Source of the DNA: a virus
Taxonomy: Duplodnaviria; Caudoviricetes
Direction: 5' to 3' (one strand)
Length of the DNA stretch: 59,222 nucleotides
IMG/VR virus record: IMGVR_UViG_3300043411_000192
Coordinates: 1 to 59,222 of that record
The number at the start of each line of letters is the position of its first letter. The first letter of the stretch is position 1. Under the pieces are notes generated by a model. It was not told the origin of the DNA. It did no database searches and was given only the letters and a program-made list of their open reading frames with translations. Both the position numbers and the translations under genes were made by a program. This document shows positions 26,585 through 38,680 of the stretch, one piece after another.

Positions 26585-27520
26585 ATGAGTACACTATTTA
26601 CAAAAGCAGATCCTCTAGCCGAAGAGCTTGCAGGTATCAAGGCACGCATCAATGCGGAAGCCGCAGATAACTACCAAAATAAAGAATGGCGCATGGAAGT
26701 TGCCCAGGAAATTACCGAAGGTATCTACCAAGGTTACAATACCAATAACTTCATTGACCTAATGACTGAGACACTACAGCTTCCACTAGATGGCCGCTTT
26801 GTGATCGAAGAAGTTCGTGGTCTAGACGCATTTTGGCATGGCCGTGGTGGTTACATCGAAGAGTCTGACCTATGGAAAGATTCATTCGAAATCGGCGCCG
26901 ACACAATCGGTTTCCACCTAGTACAGTCGGAAGATCGCCTTCGTACAGGTTTCGCTGAAACCGCTGAGACTCTAGTTCGTCTAGGTCGCCAGCGTCTAAC
27001 TGCTGAACTTAACAAGCGTGTTCTTTCAACTTATCAGGCTGCTGTGCAGTCAGGTGATGACTCATACGTTGGTGTTTCTGGTCTATCTCTAGCCAACCTT
27101 AACTCCGCACTATCTGGCGTCCGTGACGCTTCAGAGAGTGACGAGGTTGTAATCGTAGGTCGTCATACAATGACAGACAAGATCGTTGATGCCCTAACAG
27201 GTAACAACACTTACGCTCTGTTCACTCCTGAGACTAACGAGCAACTACTTCGCACAGGTGTTCAGGGTTCATACCGTAGAGCACGTATCATCACTCTACC
27301 TAACGTAGTTGATGCTTACAGCACTAGCCAATTCCCAGCCAACGAGCTATGGATCATCGGTCGTGACGCAGGTAAAGCTGCTTACTTCGGTGAGTCACAG
27401 TTCAAGGAATTCATCGAAGATGATAACTGGAACTGGCACTACATCTACCGTCAGGACTTCGCTTCTACCCTTATCTACAAGGACAGAGTACGTCGAATCG
27501 TAGATTCAACAGTAACTTGA
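26585..27520 (+). CDS. Major capsid protein
   Basis: 311 aa, strongly biased codons, followed by a strong terminator; synteny. Confidence 0.75.
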   Translation: MSTLFTKADPLAEELAGIKARINAEAADNYQNKEWRMEVAQEITEGIYQGYNTNNFIDLMTETLQLPLDGRFVIEEVRGLDAFWHGRGGYIEESDLWKDSFEIGADTIGFHLVQSEDRLRTGFAETAETLVRLGRQRLTAELNKRVLSTYQAAVQSGDDSYVGVSGLSLANLNSALSGVRDASESDEVVIVGRHTMTDKIVDALTGNNTYALFTPETNEQLLRTGVQGSYRRARIITLPNVVDAYSTSQFPANELWIIGRDAGKAAYFGESQFKEFIEDDNWNWHYIYRQDFASTLIYKDRVRRIVDSTVT

Positions 27521-27546
27521 TCTAGGTAAAAATTGATTCCTACTAG

Positions 27547-27571
27547 ACCGGCCCTTCGGGGCCGGTTTTTT
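27547..27571 (+). terminator. Intrinsic terminator
   Basis: ACCGGCCC-TTCG-GGGCCGGT-TTTTT. Confidence 0.92.
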
Positions 27572-27579
27572 AGTTATAG

Positions 27580-27596
27580 GACGATGTATAGTATAG
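27580..27596 (+). promoter_or_regulatory. Putative late-promoter motif
   Basis: GACGATgtatagtATAG immediately after the capsid terminator. Confidence 0.7.
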
Positions 27597-27627
27597 GAAT
27601 CACTAAACGTTTTAAAAGGAGAAAGTA

Positions 27628-28161
27628 ATGGCTAAAAGAGAAGAACTAGAAGTTTGGGAAAACCGCAATCGTAGCGAGATTTGGGTTGAGGTCGAGGATG
27701 TTTCTGGCCGCCCAGTCTCCCGTCGTGTCGGTCCTGGCCAGCGTATTGAGCTGTCCAGTTATGATCGGCAACTTAATCAGGAAGCTGCCCGAAACGGCGC
27801 TGGACCTGATTATGACTGGTTCACTAATGGTGCGCTGTCTAATGTTCGCCTACTAGACACAGCAGACGACTACGAAGAGATTAAGAGTAACGTCAATACT
27901 AAATCGGAAACAGAGATTCGTGACCTTCTTAAGCTCAATGCGAATGAACTAAAGAAAGAACTTGCTGAGATTACCAGCCCGCTAGTTGTAGCTAGACTGA
28001 AGAATTTTCTTGAGTCTGACGACGCCGACAAGGCTGAGTCGATTACGGTAGCTAAGGTCAAGGCTGTAAATGCTCGCTATGACGAACTACATCCACAGGT
28101 GACCGGCAAGGTTTTCGACACATACGAAGAAGCGATCGCCAAGCCCCAGAAGCTGCGATAA
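27628..28161 (+). CDS. Hypothetical virion-associated protein
   Basis: 177-aa ORF with AAGGAG RBS. Confidence 0.7.
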   Translation: MAKREELEVWENRNRSEIWVEVEDVSGRPVSRRVGPGQRIELSSYDRQLNQEAARNGAGPDYDWFTNGALSNVRLLDTADDYEEIKSNVNTKSETEIRDLLKLNANELKKELAEITSPLVVARLKNFLESDDADKAESITVAKVKAVNARYDELHPQVTGKVFDTYEEAIAKPQKLR

Positions 28162-28172
28162 TTTCGATTACG

Positions 28173-28204
28173 AAGGCCGCCTAGGGTTCGCTCTAAGCGG
28201 CCTT
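28173..28204 (+). terminator. Stem-loop (probable terminator or processing site)
   Basis: AAGGCCGC-c-TAGGG-TTCG-CTCTA-a-GCGGCCTT. Confidence 0.6.
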
Positions 28205-28237
28205 ACTATTTATTAGCCCTAGTGTAAGGAGATTACG

Positions 28238-28747
28238 TTGGCATCTGTAGATTTAGAAGATCTGGTACCAGACCTTATTATTGAAGTTAATCAGCCCGGT
28301 ACTGACCAGTATGCTACCGTAAGTTCTCCCGAATGGGTATCTGAACTAAGAAACGCTTTCTGGAATGCTCACTTAGATGGGCTTATGAACGGCTGGACCG
28401 AATCAGATGGTATCATCAGCAAGTTGAATGATCCAACTGCTGACGCCATGACTCGTGACCAGCAACAGCTTATTATTCTGTACGCCTACATGAAGATTGT
28501 TAAGAATCAGATTCTCAATACTGATACGGTCTTCAGAGCTAAAGCTGGTCCGGTTGAATATGAAACTCAGAAGTCGGCACAGGTTTACAGAGCCATCCTT
28601 GAAGATCTAAATGTACGCATCTCTCGTGTTCTTGATCGTCTAGCTGATGAGGGTTCTGCAACAGATATCATCTACATTGATACTTACGCCGCACGACAAT
28701 CCGCTATCGCTTATGGCTTTATCGACTGGGTTGGGAGTGAGTGGTAA
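28238..28747 (+). CDS. Probable head-to-tail adaptor
   Basis: 169 aa with the KAGPVEYE motif; synteny. Confidence 0.55.
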   Translation: MASVDLEDLVPDLIIEVNQPGTDQYATVSSPEWVSELRNAFWNAHLDGLMNGWTESDGIISKLNDPTADAMTRDQQQLIILYAYMKIVKNQILNTDTVFRAKAGPVEYETQKSAQVYRAILEDLNVRISRVLDRLADEGSATDIIYIDTYAARQSAIAYGFIDWVGSEW

Positions 28748-29205
28748 TGGCTCAGCCGACTGACCCTACGTTTGGATCTAGCTTTAATCCAGACACCTTT
28801 AGGGATAAGATCAAATCAGCTATGCAAATGGGTAGCCCCAACGCAACCCAGGAGAAGGTCACCTTTAGGTGGGTTAGTCAGAAAACTTATAGTGTGAAGA
28901 CAGATCCAACTGGTCGTCCTTATGACCTAGCTTCTGCTGCTGTAAGTATCAATGAGCAAGATGATGTCCAAGTGGATTGTGCTGTTGAGTTTATTTATAG
29001 AAACCCAACAGGTAGTCCTATTGGCGAATTTGATACCCCAAGAGTTGTTATTACATTATTAGATACAGATTATGCACAGATAGAAGGAGCAACTAAAGTA
29101 TTACTTGGAGGTAATACTTACGATGTTCAGTTTGTGGAACCACCAGTAGGGCTATTTAGTGTGACTGTATATACGGTTCATGCAATTGCCGTAGACGAAT
29201 CCTAG
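28747..29205 (+). CDS. Probable head-to-tail stopper/closure protein
   Basis: Beta-rich ~152 aa; TAATG coupling; synteny. Confidence 0.5.
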   Translation: MAQPTDPTFGSSFNPDTFRDKIKSAMQMGSPNATQEKVTFRWVSQKTYSVKTDPTGRPYDLASAAVSINEQDDVQVDCAVEFIYRNPTGSPIGEFDTPRVVITLLDTDYAQIEGATKVLLGGNTYDVQFVEPPVGLFSVTVYTVHAIAVDES

Positions 29206-29213
29206 GAGTTATT

Positions 29214-29735
29214 ATGAGTCAAGTTGTTGGTGGTCTAAGACGAAGACTAATCAAAGATAATTTCTATTGGATGGTGCATAGTTCCTTAAGTGAATTAGGC
29301 TGGTTTAATGGTGGACTGTCTACCTCAGATGTCACATTGCTTTCAGATCAGGTAGACCCAAGAACAGAGATTAAACCAAACAAGGTGTCTATCTCAGCGG
29401 AAGAACTATCTTCGGATGAGATAGAAATGGGTTCTAATCTTGAACAATATAACTGGGACGTTTACTTAGATATTTTCGCAGAAGATGAATCTGTTGGGGT
29501 TCATCTAACTGGCGATATATATGATATACTGAGAGGTAAAATGGAGAGCATCGGTCGTACCGGTCCCTCATTTAAAGTTTATGACTTGAGAATTGAAGAT
29601 GAACCTTATTTATTTACTTGTCAGTTAGAAAACATTGAAGAAAGTCGAGTTAGAGAATGGGATGCACCTTTCAATAAATATTGGTGGGTTATTGCCGTTA
29701 CTATAGTTGATACTTATTATGGAGAAGGTGGTTAA
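29214..29735 (+). CDS. Probable tail terminator
   Basis: 173 aa with a DIFAE...DIYDIL pattern; synteny. Confidence 0.5.
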   Translation: MSQVVGGLRRRLIKDNFYWMVHSSLSELGWFNGGLSTSDVTLLSDQVDPRTEIKPNKVSISAEELSSDEIEMGSNLEQYNWDVYLDIFAEDESVGVHLTGDIYDILRGKMESIGRTGPSFKVYDLRIEDEPYLFTCQLENIEESRVREWDAPFNKYWWVIAVTIVDTYYGEGG

Positions 29736-29737
29736 TT

Positions 29738-30094
29738 ATGGCTACAATTTTTAACAACGTTGATAGAGTTGCAGGCGATCCACTCTCTTCTGTGCTCGTT
29801 ACTATAGTTCTTTTATGGGATACTTCTGAAAGCCCTATGGCTAAGATAGAAGATGAAGATACTATTGTTCGTGGAACATATGGTACTTCTACCGATCTTG
29901 ATGGACATTGGGAAGTCGATCTAGTTCCCAACGATGAAATTACTCCTGTTGATTCTGTTTATAAAATCACAGAACGTTTATCAACAAATAATGATTCTAT
30001 AACTTATTATATTTCTGTACCAGATAGCGCTACTCCAACATCATGGATTGGTGATATTATCTTGTCACAGGAAGAACTTCCATCATGGATTTAG
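29738..30094 (+). CDS. Hypothetical beta-sandwich virion protein
   Basis: 118 aa containing TDLDGHWEVDLVPN. Confidence 0.55.
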   Translation: MATIFNNVDRVAGDPLSSVLVTIVLLWDTSESPMAKIEDEDTIVRGTYGTSTDLDGHWEVDLVPNDEITPVDSVYKITERLSTNNDSITYYISVPDSATPTSWIGDIILSQEELPSWI

Positions 30095-30140
30095 CACTAT
30101 CATATTTAAAAAATACTAATATAACCGGAATGGATTTGAT

Positions 30141-30524
30141 ATGAAACCTGTTAAACAGAACCTTGAAATTTGGCAAGGTAAAACATATGAAGAACCTTTT
30201 ACTTTTGGTCGTGCTGTTAAAAATGAAGCAGGTGAATTGGTAGATATTATTGCAACTAATCTTTCTGGCTACACAGGCAGAATGCAACTTCGTACATCAA
30301 TTGATTCTGAAGATGTTGTTATTGAATTAACAACAGAAAATGACCGCATTATCATTGACGCAGACAATGGTATTGTCACTCTATATATCAGCGATGAAGA
30401 TACGGCCCTTTTGCCTGTTGGTTCATACAAATACGACCTAGAGCTTATCACTGCTTCTGGTCGTGTTTATGGTCCTCTGTACGGTACTGTAAAAGTCAAG
30501 GCCGAGGTGACACGCGATGCCTAG
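30141..30524 (+). CDS. Ig-like fibre-anchoring protein (BppU N-terminal-like)
   Basis: L.I.QG.T...LSGYT.RMQLR...G...L.I....T..L..G.YKYDLEL...G.V; precedes the collagen fibre gene. Confidence 0.6.
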   Translation: MKPVKQNLEIWQGKTYEEPFTFGRAVKNEAGELVDIIATNLSGYTGRMQLRTSIDSEDVVIELTTENDRIIIDADNGIVTLYISDEDTALLPVGSYKYDLELITASGRVYGPLYGTVKVKAEVTRDA

Positions 30525-32226
30525 TTATATCCAAGATGAAGATAATGATATCATTCTTCTTGGTGAAGAGGTTGTTGAAACACAAGTTCTTTCTGACGAT
30601 AGTGGCGATAGCTTTGTTATCCAAGTTGGCATACAGGGTCCTGAAGGTTCTCAGGGGGTTACGGGTCCTACTGGACCACAGGGAATTCCTGGTCCTACCG
30701 GAGCTACTGGTCCAACTGCTGCAACTGGACCTACTGGTCCTCAGGGAACGACTGGACCTATTGGTGAGCAGGGATTTACAGGTTCTACGGGTCCTGTAGC
30801 TTCTACGGGTCCTACCGGCCCGCAGGGTAACACTGGTAGCACCGGACCTACTGGTGAGACTGGTCCTATTGGTTTGACCGGCAGCACAGGGCCACAAGGT
30901 ATTACTGGTGCTACTGGCGTACAAGGTTTAGTAGGTGGCACAGGCTCTACTGGCCCTGTTGCTGCTACTGGGCCTACGGGACCGCAGGGCTTAACTGGAG
31001 CTACTGGCGCAACTGGTTTAACTGGCGTTCAGGGTTTCACCGGCCCTCAAGGTGAAACTGGGCCGGTTGGCCTAACTGGATCTACTGGCCCAGAAGGACC
31101 AACAGGCGCTACAGGTCCAGCGGGTAGTGATGCAACCGTACAAGGCGCTACTGGCCCAACCGGTCCAGTGGGTGCTAGCGGAACTATTGGTATTGATGGC
31201 TTTACCGGTGCCACTGGTCCAGCAGGCGTAGATGGCGCTACTGGCGCTACAGGGCCTGCTGGTACGGATGGGGAAATGAAGTCCGTTAAAGCTGCTACAA
31301 CTGCGAATATTACTCTGTCGGGCACGCAGACAATTGATGGTGTGGCGCTGTCGGTAGACGATCTTGTGCTTGTAAAGAATCAAGTGACTACGGCAGATAA
31401 TGGTGTTTATGCTGTTAAGTCTGGGGCTTGGGTAGAAGAATCATGGTCTACAGCTAATGTTGTTGTTGCAGTTGATCAGGGCGCAGTTAATGGTGGAAAT
31501 CTTTACACTAACCTCGTGAGCACAACTCCATTGGAGCGCAACTTCTCTGGTGATCAAATTACTACTGGCACTATTCCTGCTGGAGTTATTCCCGATCTTG
31601 ATGCTGCTAAGATTACTACTGGCGAACTAAATCCTCTTGTTTTACCAAGAAAGCTCATGTACGCTAACACGGGTGGTGTGTTCGCTGCGAACACCGCATG
31701 GGGTAGACATTCACCACTAACTTGTCTAGTTCTCCAGAGCGCTGCTATGAATGCCTCGCAAGCTACTTATGCTGTGTGGTATCCATTTTTTATCCCCCGC
31801 CAAACTGCTGTGACCTTGAGTTTAAGCTGTGCAACGTTGCAGGCAAGTAGTTTTATTCGGGTTGCCATGTTCTCTGCCGATGAGGGCACCTTGCTGCCGG
31901 TAGCCAGAACTGAAGACGTTGGTACGGTTTCTGGTGCATCTACTGGCACAAAACAAATTACCACTGCTGGTACCTATCAAGGTCTTGTCTATGTTGCTCT
32001 GTGGTTGAGTAATCATGCGACTGTTCGTTGGATAAGGCTGGCAGCAGATAGTTCTGCTATGAATCCATTTGGTAGTGCGGGCACAAACGCCAGAATCCCC
32101 TATGGCTGGATTGCGACGGGCTTGGACTATTCAGCTTCATGGCCTGCCGGTTCACCACCAGCTCTTACGCTAGCTAATCATGCGGATCACCTTAATGGTC
32201 CGGCTGTATGGATGGAGTGGGCATGA
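30517..32226 (+). CDS. Collagen-like fibre protein (G-X-T/G-X-Q repeats) with C-terminal beta-sandwich domain
   Basis: About 70 GXY triplets (GPT/GAT/GST), then [20 protein letters not shown] and a C-terminal domain. Confidence 0.8.
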   Translation: MPSYIQDEDNDIILLGEEVVETQVLSDDSGDSFVIQVGIQGPEGSQGVTGPTGPQGIPGPTGATGPTAATGPTGPQGTTGPIGEQGFTGSTGPVASTGPTGPQGNTGSTGPTGETGPIGLTGSTGPQGITGATGVQGLVGGTGSTGPVAATGPTGPQGLTGATGATGLTGVQGFTGPQGETGPVGLTGSTGPEGPTGATGPAGSDATVQGATGPTGPVGASGTIGIDGFTGATGPAGVDGATGATGPAGTDGEMKSVKAATTANITLSGTQTIDGVALSVDDLVLVKNQVTTADNGVYAVKSGAWVEESWSTANVVVAVDQGAVNGGNLYTNLVSTTPLERNFSGDQITTGTIPAGVIPDLDAAKITTGELNPLVLPRKLMYANTGGVFAANTAWGRHSPLTCLVLQSAAMNASQATYAVWYPFFIPRQTAVTLSLSCATLQASSFIRVAMFSADEGTLLPVARTEDVGTVSGASTGTKQITTAGTYQGLVYVALWLSNHATVRWIRLAADSSAMNPFGSAGTNARIPYGWIATGLDYSASWPAGSPPALTLANHADHLNGPAVWMEWA

Positions 32227-32612
32227 GAACTGATGAGAAATACTTCCTTGGTGGATATGATCCCGAGCATCCTAATGACAACGTTCAGTACCGTCTTATT
32301 GATAATGGCGACGGTACTGGTACGTACTATGAATATGATGTTGACGGTACTCTTCTTGTTCAAGAAGAAGTCACAGATCTAGAGATTCCCGACCCACCAG
32401 CAATAGATATTACGGCCATGCTCTCTCAGTTAAGTCCCGAAGAGTTCCAAAGAGTTCTCTTGCTCGGCATAGCCATTACTCACCCAGAGTCAGTTTATGC
32501 CTTGGAGTATTCAGTAGTAGCAGAAGATCCACTTGTTGGTATTCAGGTCGTAAGAGATGCCGCTTTAACCGCACTAAACATTACAGAAGAGGAGGTGCAG
32601 GAGAATGGCTAA
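32223..32612 (+). CDS. Small fibre-associated protein (paralog of 39187-39468)
   Basis: [21 protein letters not shown]...[12 protein letters not shown]; ATGA overlap. Confidence 0.65.
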   Translation: MRTDEKYFLGGYDPEHPNDNVQYRLIDNGDGTGTYYEYDVDGTLLVQEEVTDLEIPDPPAIDITAMLSQLSPEEFQRVLLLGIAITHPESVYALEYSVVAEDPLVGIQVVRDAALTALNITEEEVQENG

Positions 32613-33024
32613 CCAAGATATATTCCTCCCAGTAACAGGACAGGGCGCACACGCTGCTCAGCACCTTGTGGGGGGCGCTGACCCGCTTTCTATGGCGATC
32701 CTGTTCCCAGCACCCGTAACTCTTTCTGACGGCGCTACGATCAGCACAGATGCCTCTCTGGGTATTCACTTCAGGGTAACCCTAGGTGGTAACAGAACTC
32801 TAGCTAATCCTACTGGTGCAACAGATGGTCAACGTATCACTTGGGAGATTATCCAAGATGGTACTGGTTCACGTACTCTCAGCTATGACACCAAGTTTAC
32901 GTTTGGTACAGATGTAACTTCTCCTGTTCTTTCAACTACTGCCGGTAAAAGAGATTTCATTGGTGCTGTCTATAATTCAACTGCTGACAAGTTTTATGTT
33001 GTGGCATTTGCGCGTGGTTATTAG
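32605..33024 (+). CDS. Hypothetical tail-fibre-associated protein
   Basis: VTLGGNRTLANPT...GQ....IIQDGTGSRTL, a pattern seen in fibre C-terminal domains. Confidence 0.6.
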   Translation: MANQDIFLPVTGQGAHAAQHLVGGADPLSMAILFPAPVTLSDGATISTDASLGIHFRVTLGGNRTLANPTGATDGQRITWEIIQDGTGSRTLSYDTKFTFGTDVTSPVLSTTAGKRDFIGAVYNSTADKFYVVAFARGY

Positions 33025-33032
33025 GAGTAATT

Positions 33033-36000
33033 GTGGCAACTAGATATTGGGTTGGATCGGGAACGTGGAACGCAGCGAGTACCGCTAATTGGTCCGCTAC
33101 TTCGACTACTGGGCCAACTGGAGCTTCTGTTCCGACTGCGGCTGACGACGTTGTATTTGATGCTTCTTCTGGTAATTGTGATTTAGCTCCCGGTGGTAGA
33201 CTCTGCCGCAGCTTGGACGCAAGCACCTACACGGGGGCGATGGTCTTTTCTTCTGGTGGTACGGCAACGCTGTCTGTGGGTGACAGCGTGCCCGGTCCCG
33301 GCAATGTTGCCTTTCGGTTGTCGGCGGCAATGACGTTCACCACGGGCGGCGTGTCGTTTCCTTCCACGATCACGTTTGCGTCCACGTCGACTACGGCGCA
33401 GACGATCACCACGAACGGTAAGACACTCCCCAACGTCACGTTCAACGGTGCCGGGGGGAAGTGGCAGCTTCAGGACGCCCTGACAAGCTCGGGCATGATC
33501 ACGACCACGGCGGGCGGTTTCTTCGGCAACGGGCAGACCATCACCGCAGCATCGTTCAACGGCGGGACGACAGGTGTTCGCACGGTCGACATCACGAACT
33601 GCTCGATCACCCTCACAGTGGGCGGCGGCACACCGTGGAACATGGGCTTCACCCCTTCCAACCTGACGTTCGTGAGCACCGGGTCGACCATCACGTTCAC
33701 CGGGTCGCTGGGTCTGGAGTTCCGTGGCGGTGCCCTGACGTACAACAACTTCGTCAACACGATGACCACCGGCACCACCCCGATCCAGATGTCGGCGGTT
33801 AATACGTTCAACAACCTGACGTTCACCGGGGCGGCGGGTACGGCCTGTCAGGTCATGCTTGCTGCGAACCAGATTGTCGCCGGCACCCTCACGATCACCG
33901 GCAACTCGGCGACGAACCGGGTCCTCTGCTACTCCGAGACGCTCGGTACACCTCGGGTCATCACTGCTGCCGCCACTGCTCTCACCGATGTTGATTTTAT
34001 GGATATCGCTATAGTTGGTCCTACTGGATCTACTATTACATCAGATAGCTTTAACAGAAGTAATGGCGCACTACATGGATCTACGTCTGATGCCGCTGCC
34101 GGTGGGAGTGGCTTAACTTGGTCTACTGGAAGTAATTTCAATATTGCTTCTAACGCATCTACGGCTAATAGTAGTAGTTCCTATATCACCATACCTGTTG
34201 CTACTTCTAATATGGAAGTTTCAGCGACCGTGCCAACATTGGTCACGAGTGGACATGCTGGTGTGGCGGCTAGAATATCTAGCATAACTAATTTCGTATT
34301 TTATGGTGTATCTAATGCCTCAACCCAATCCGTGCTAATGTATCAGATTGGATCAACGTCTAGTTCTGTTTCCTGTGGTCTAGTCGCTGCCGGGTCTACA
34401 ATCTCTTTAAGAGTAATAGATCAAATAGCTGTTGCTTTAGTTAATGGAACAGTCGTGGGAACGCTTGCTATTCCCCCGGCTTCTTCGTTCACTTCACCAA
34501 ATAATGCTGGTCTTCAGCAGATGAGTACGGGCACTATTGATGACTTTGCAGTGAAGAATCTCGCTTCAGTAACTGGCACCCGGCTCGGTGACTGCCTCGG
34601 CAACTCGGGCATCACCTTCACCACAGCTTCTGGTACAGCTAGAGATGGTGGTGGCGCTGGAGTAAAGAGATATGCTGTAGCTGCTGGTAACTGGTCCTCG
34701 ACAGCAACGTGGTCGGAGTCGGACGGCGGCGCGCCGGGAGCGTCGGTTCCTCTCCCGCAGGACGACGTGTACATCAAGCGTTCCTTCTCCAGTGAAACTA
34801 TTACAATAGACATGCCGAGGCTGTGTCGTCTGTTGGATTTCACTGGCTCTACTGGCACACTTCATACCTCACAGCTTGTAACGACTGCAACGATCTTTGG
34901 ATCGTTGGTACTAGCAAATATTCCCGGTAATCTACTAGCTTCTAATATAAGACTTCTCGGAAAGTCGAATACGATTACAACCAATAGTAGAACTTTTATA
35001 AATGCTAATGCAGCCCTTGTTATTGATGGTTCATATACGATGACCGACCAACTCTTCGTTGGTGGAGATTTAAGTTCCATATATGGCAGTCTTAATACGG
35101 GAAGTTATGCTATATCCTGCGGTAGATTTATGTTCTCGTATAGTGGCACTTTAAACCTTGGCTCTAGTAGTATCACTATTACACAAACGGGAGCCGCTAC
35201 TCCAGCGTGGACTGTCAGTTCGCTAGTAAATCTTAGTGCGGCTTCATCAACGATCACATTTGCTTTGGATGCGCCCATTGGTGGCGCCACCTCAAGTGCC
35301 GCAGCTACCCATACATTTGCTGGCGGAGATAAGAGTTACGGCACTCTCACCTACACGGTCGCTGACTCGCCCGGTGCTCTAACAATCACTGGCTCTAACA
35401 CTTTCGGCACAGTCAACATTGGTTCTGGTAGATCACTGAAACTTACTTCTGGTACTACACAGAAGATAGGTACATTAAATCTTAATGGTGTACCTAGAGG
35501 TGGAGTCAGGTTGCCGGGAGTTGGTGGCACATATTTGTCCACACCGGATTCGGCAGCAGTATCAGTTACTGGTGACATCGACATCAGGTGCAGGGTGGCG
35601 TTGACCGACTACACCGCTGCGTCGGAAGGTGCTCTCGTCACCAAGTTCGGCGCAGCAGGCCAACGGTCCTTCCGCTTCTACTTCGATTCGGTGGGACGGT
35701 TGAACTTCAACATGAGCACCGACGGGACCGCCAACACGGGGTTGCAGTGGCAGGCAGGGCCGACGTTCGTTGACGGGACGACCTACTGGGTGAGGACCAC
35801 AAGAACCGCCGCAGGGACGCTCAGGTTCTTCTACGCCGCCGATCAGCCGACGATGCCAACGTCATGGACCGAGGCTGGGTTGTCACAGACCCTTTCTGCT
35901 GGGCAGAACATTTTCGACTCCACCTCGCCGGTCGAGATCGGGTCGATGACTCTCGGCACGGCCTACCTCGCCAATGGCGTGTTCTACCGGGCGCAGATCC

Positions 36001-36344
36001 GCAACAACGTGTTGGACGACGGCTCTGGCATCGTGTTCGACACCGACTTCTCCCCAGCACGATTCTGGCCGTTCTTCCTCGACTCGGCCAACGGCGCAGC
36101 GGTTACTCCGTCGACCACGCTGGCGAACGTCGGGGACGGCAGGGTCGTCATCGAATCCTCCACCGCAGGCACAGGGGCCACTCTTGAAGTTGGTTCTGTT
36201 ACCGGCATGAATTATGTTGACCTGAAGGATGTTGTTATGAATGGTGCCGATACATATATTGAGGCTACTTCCGTAATAAGAAGTAACGTCAAGGGTGTGC
36301 GTCGAGGCCCACAAACCGGCATGTCGATGATGATGGGAGTTTAG
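33033..36344 (+). CDS. Large Thr/Gly/Ser-rich virion appendage protein with a duplicated module and LamG/concanavalin-like domain(s)
   Basis: 1103 aa; two RY..G.W.....WS....G..GASVP...DDV units; [16 protein letters not shown] LamG-like module. Confidence 0.7.
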   Translation: MATRYWVGSGTWNAASTANWSATSTTGPTGASVPTAADDVVFDASSGNCDLAPGGRLCRSLDASTYTGAMVFSSGGTATLSVGDSVPGPGNVAFRLSAAMTFTTGGVSFPSTITFASTSTTAQTITTNGKTLPNVTFNGAGGKWQLQDALTSSGMITTTAGGFFGNGQTITAASFNGGTTGVRTVDITNCSITLTVGGGTPWNMGFTPSNLTFVSTGSTITFTGSLGLEFRGGALTYNNFVNTMTTGTTPIQMSAVNTFNNLTFTGAAGTACQVMLAANQIVAGTLTITGNSATNRVLCYSETLGTPRVITAAATALTDVDFMDIAIVGPTGSTITSDSFNRSNGALHGSTSDAAAGGSGLTWSTGSNFNIASNASTANSSSSYITIPVATSNMEVSATVPTLVTSGHAGVAARISSITNFVFYGVSNASTQSVLMYQIGSTSSSVSCGLVAAGSTISLRVIDQIAVALVNGTVVGTLAIPPASSFTSPNNAGLQQMSTGTIDDFAVKNLASVTGTRLGDCLGNSGITFTTASGTARDGGGAGVKRYAVAAGNWSSTATWSESDGGAPGASVPLPQDDVYIKRSFSSETITIDMPRLCRLLDFTGSTGTLHTSQLVTTATIFGSLVLANIPGNLLASNIRLLGKSNTITTNSRTFINANAALVIDGSYTMTDQLFVGGDLSSIYGSLNTGSYAISCGRFMFSYSGTLNLGSSSITITQTGAATPAWTVSSLVNLSAASSTITFALDAPIGGATSSAAATHTFAGGDKSYGTLTYTVADSPGALTITGSNTFGTVNIGSGRSLKLTSGTTQKIGTLNLNGVPRGGVRLPGVGGTYLSTPDSAAVSVTGDIDIRCRVALTDYTAASEGALVTKFGAAGQRSFRFYFDSVGRLNFNMSTDGTANTGLQWQAGPTFVDGTTYWVRTTRTAAGTLRFFYAADQPTMPTSWTEAGLSQTLSAGQNIFDSTSPVEIGSMTLGTAYLANGVFYRAQIRNNVLDDGSGIVFDTDFSPARFWPFFLDSANGAAVTPSTTLANVGDGRVVIESSTAGTGATLEVGSVTGMNYVDLKDVVMNGADTYIEATSVIRSNVKGVRRGPQTGMSMMMGV

Positions 36345-36345
36345 G

Positions 36346-37656
36346 ATGACAACGTATATAGTGACACAAGGAATTCAAGGTCCAGAGGGTGCTCAGGGGC
36401 CTGCTGGCGCTACTGGTCCTGATTCCACTGTTCCCGGTCCTACCGGCGCTCAGGGGGCTACTGGTGCGGGCGCTACGGGTCCTCAGGGTCCAACTGGACC
36501 AGAGGGGGCAACTGGCCCACAGGGCGCTTCCGGTGTTGGTGCTCAAGGATTCACCGGCCCGCAGGGAGCTACGGGTGCATCTGGAGAAAATGGTTTAGCC
36601 GGTTCTACTGGCGCTACGGGTCCACAGGGGGCGACTGGTGTGACCGATCACGGGCTGTTGACCGGGCTGTCCGACGACGACCACACCCAGTACGCGAAGA
36701 AGGCATCGAACCTGTCAGACCTCGCCTCGGCCGCGACGGCACGAACCAACCTTGGTTTGGGCACGGCGGCGGTGGCTGCGACCGGGGACTTCGACGCCGC
36801 AGGCACGGCGGCAGGACTGGTTGATGACCTGTCGGGTGTGTCGAACCAGGCGACCGCCCGCGCGAACCTCGGACTCGGTACCGCGGCGACGGCGGCGACT
36901 GGCGACTTTGCTGCTGCGTCGCACACGCACACCGGTACTCAGGTCACGGTCGATGCGTCGGGGTTCAACGGCAACCTCACCACATCGGACGACACGTTGC
37001 AGGAGGTCGCGCAGAAACTCGACGACCTCGCGGTTGGTGGGTCGGAGACGTTGGCTGCGTCGATCATCGACGCCAAAGGCGACCTCATCGTCGGCACAGC
37101 GAACGACACTGCGGGACGCCTGCCTGTGTCCGCGACGAACGGCGCTGTCCTCGTTTCGGATTCCGCTGCGAGCACCGGGTTGAACTGGGCGGTCGACCCG
37201 TTCATCGTCACGCTGCCTGGCGCGAGCCCGACGCTCCTCGCTGCGATCGCCAACTACGCCTTCGCGATGCGGGTGTTCGGTGCCGGGACCATCTCGAAGG
37301 TCGCCCTGCAGATCGGCACGTCGTCGGGCAACATCTGCGTCGGCGTCTACTCGAACACTGGTGTCGGTTACAACGCCACCCCGAACGCCCGCCTCGCCAC
37401 GTCCGGTTCGGTGGCGTGCCCGTCCACCGGCTACCAAGAAGTCGCTCTTGGGTCGTCGGTTGAGGTGCGAACCGGTGACTGGCTTGTCGTCGCGTTCGAC
37501 AACGCCAGCGCCACGTTCTACGGCGTCGCAGCACCAGGGTCAGGGTTGGCGAACAACGGCCTGGTCCGCACCGCGAACTCGTCGTTCCCGCTGCCCACCA
37601 CGTTCACCGCGCTCAGCAGCCATGATCGCTCGGTGCGCCTGTGGGGAATTCCGTGA
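36346..37656 (+). CDS. Collagen-like fibre protein
   Basis: GXY repeats, [23 protein letters not shown] repeats, [10 protein letters not shown] and a C-terminal beta-sandwich. Confidence 0.8.
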   Translation: MTTYIVTQGIQGPEGAQGPAGATGPDSTVPGPTGAQGATGAGATGPQGPTGPEGATGPQGASGVGAQGFTGPQGATGASGENGLAGSTGATGPQGATGVTDHGLLTGLSDDDHTQYAKKASNLSDLASAATARTNLGLGTAAVAATGDFDAAGTAAGLVDDLSGVSNQATARANLGLGTAATAATGDFAAASHTHTGTQVTVDASGFNGNLTTSDDTLQEVAQKLDDLAVGGSETLAASIIDAKGDLIVGTANDTAGRLPVSATNGAVLVSDSAASTGLNWAVDPFIVTLPGASPTLLAAIANYAFAMRVFGAGTISKVALQIGTSSGNICVGVYSNTGVGYNATPNARLATSGSVACPSTGYQEVALGSSVEVRTGDWLVVAFDNASATFYGVAAPGSGLANNGLVRTANSSFPLPTTFTALSSHDRSVRLWGIP

Positions 37657-38672
37657 TCGGACGGGGCCGCCCCGTCCCACCCGCCGACACCGCGGACCTG
37701 TTCGTGTCGCCGTCGGGCACTGGTGACGGATCGACCGAAGCAACCCCCGACAGCCTCTACGACGCGATTACCACGGCGACCACCGGGCAGACGATCGCGA
37801 TGCTGCCCGGTGCGTATGCGGGCGCCGGGTCGTTCGACAAGCAGGTGACGATCCGGCCGCGCACCGGCAACATCGGGTACAGCGTCACGCAGACCACCGG
37901 GCTGTGCTACCCGGCGCGCGGGTCGCTCGGCTCGATCGTGCTCGACGGCGTGAAGATCACGTCGATGGTCGGCACCGCAGGCGGCACCGAATACTGGACG
38001 CTCGCCACCCCATCCGAATACACCTCTGGCTCGAAGATGGGTGTCATCTACTGCCACGGCGCGACCGGCGACGAAACCCAGCCGTGGGCGTCGTGGCCGT
38101 TCGCTCTCGGCAACATCATCCGCTCCGTCATCCAGACAGGGTTTCCGGTGCTGTCGATCCACGGCGGCGGCGACACCTGGGGCAACGCCACGTTCAAGGC
38201 CCGCATGGACGAAGCGGTCGCAGCGTTCCCCGGCCTCGGCGCCAAGGACGCTCCCGTCGCCGTGATGGGCGGGTCGATGGGCGCCCTGTCGCTCAACTGG
38301 GTGAAGGACCACCTGGCCGACACCGCCTGTTTCGTCGGCATCACCCCCGTCACCGACGTGTCCGACATCCACACGAACAACCGTTCGAGTCTCGCCGGGT
38401 CGATCAATACCGCCTACTCCACATGGTCCGAAGCGACCTACGGGGCGACCTACAACCCCAAGACCTACGCAGCCGGGTCGCTCACCGGCCTCGACTACAA
38501 GGCGTGGTACGGGGCATCGGACAGCATCGTCATCACCACCACCGTGACCGACATCGTGACCGCGATCGGTGGCACCGCCTCCGCAGTCTCGGTCACCGGG
38601 GACCACACGTCCGCTCTCGGCAACATCCCCGCCGCCGATGTCGTCGCGTTCCTCGTCGCGAACCAGTCGTAG
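37653..38672 (+). CDS. Alpha/beta-hydrolase (esterase-like) with N-terminal beta-helix-like leader
   Basis: YCHG, nucleophile elbow GGSMG, GASD and GDH; GTGA overlap start; GC-rich codons. Confidence 0.75.
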   Translation: MIGRGRPVPPADTADLFVSPSGTGDGSTEATPDSLYDAITTATTGQTIAMLPGAYAGAGSFDKQVTIRPRTGNIGYSVTQTTGLCYPARGSLGSIVLDGVKITSMVGTAGGTEYWTLATPSEYTSGSKMGVIYCHGATGDETQPWASWPFALGNIIRSVIQTGFPVLSIHGGGDTWGNATFKARMDEAVAAFPGLGAKDAPVAVMGGSMGALSLNWVKDHLADTACFVGITPVTDVSDIHTNNRSSLAGSINTAYSTWSEATYGATYNPKTYAAGSLTGLDYKAWYGASDSIVITTTVTDIVTAIGGTASAVSVTGDHTSALGNIPAADVVAFLVANQS

Positions 38673-38680
38673 GAGCTCTC

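Noticed and set aside
30630-31270. Highly repetitive DNA (also 36370-36640 and 55610-56270) as a possible CRISPR or tandem array
   Set aside because: These are degenerate 9-nt periodic repeats encoding collagen GXY triplets, with no identical repeat-spacer structure. No CRISPR array was seen anywhere in the window.
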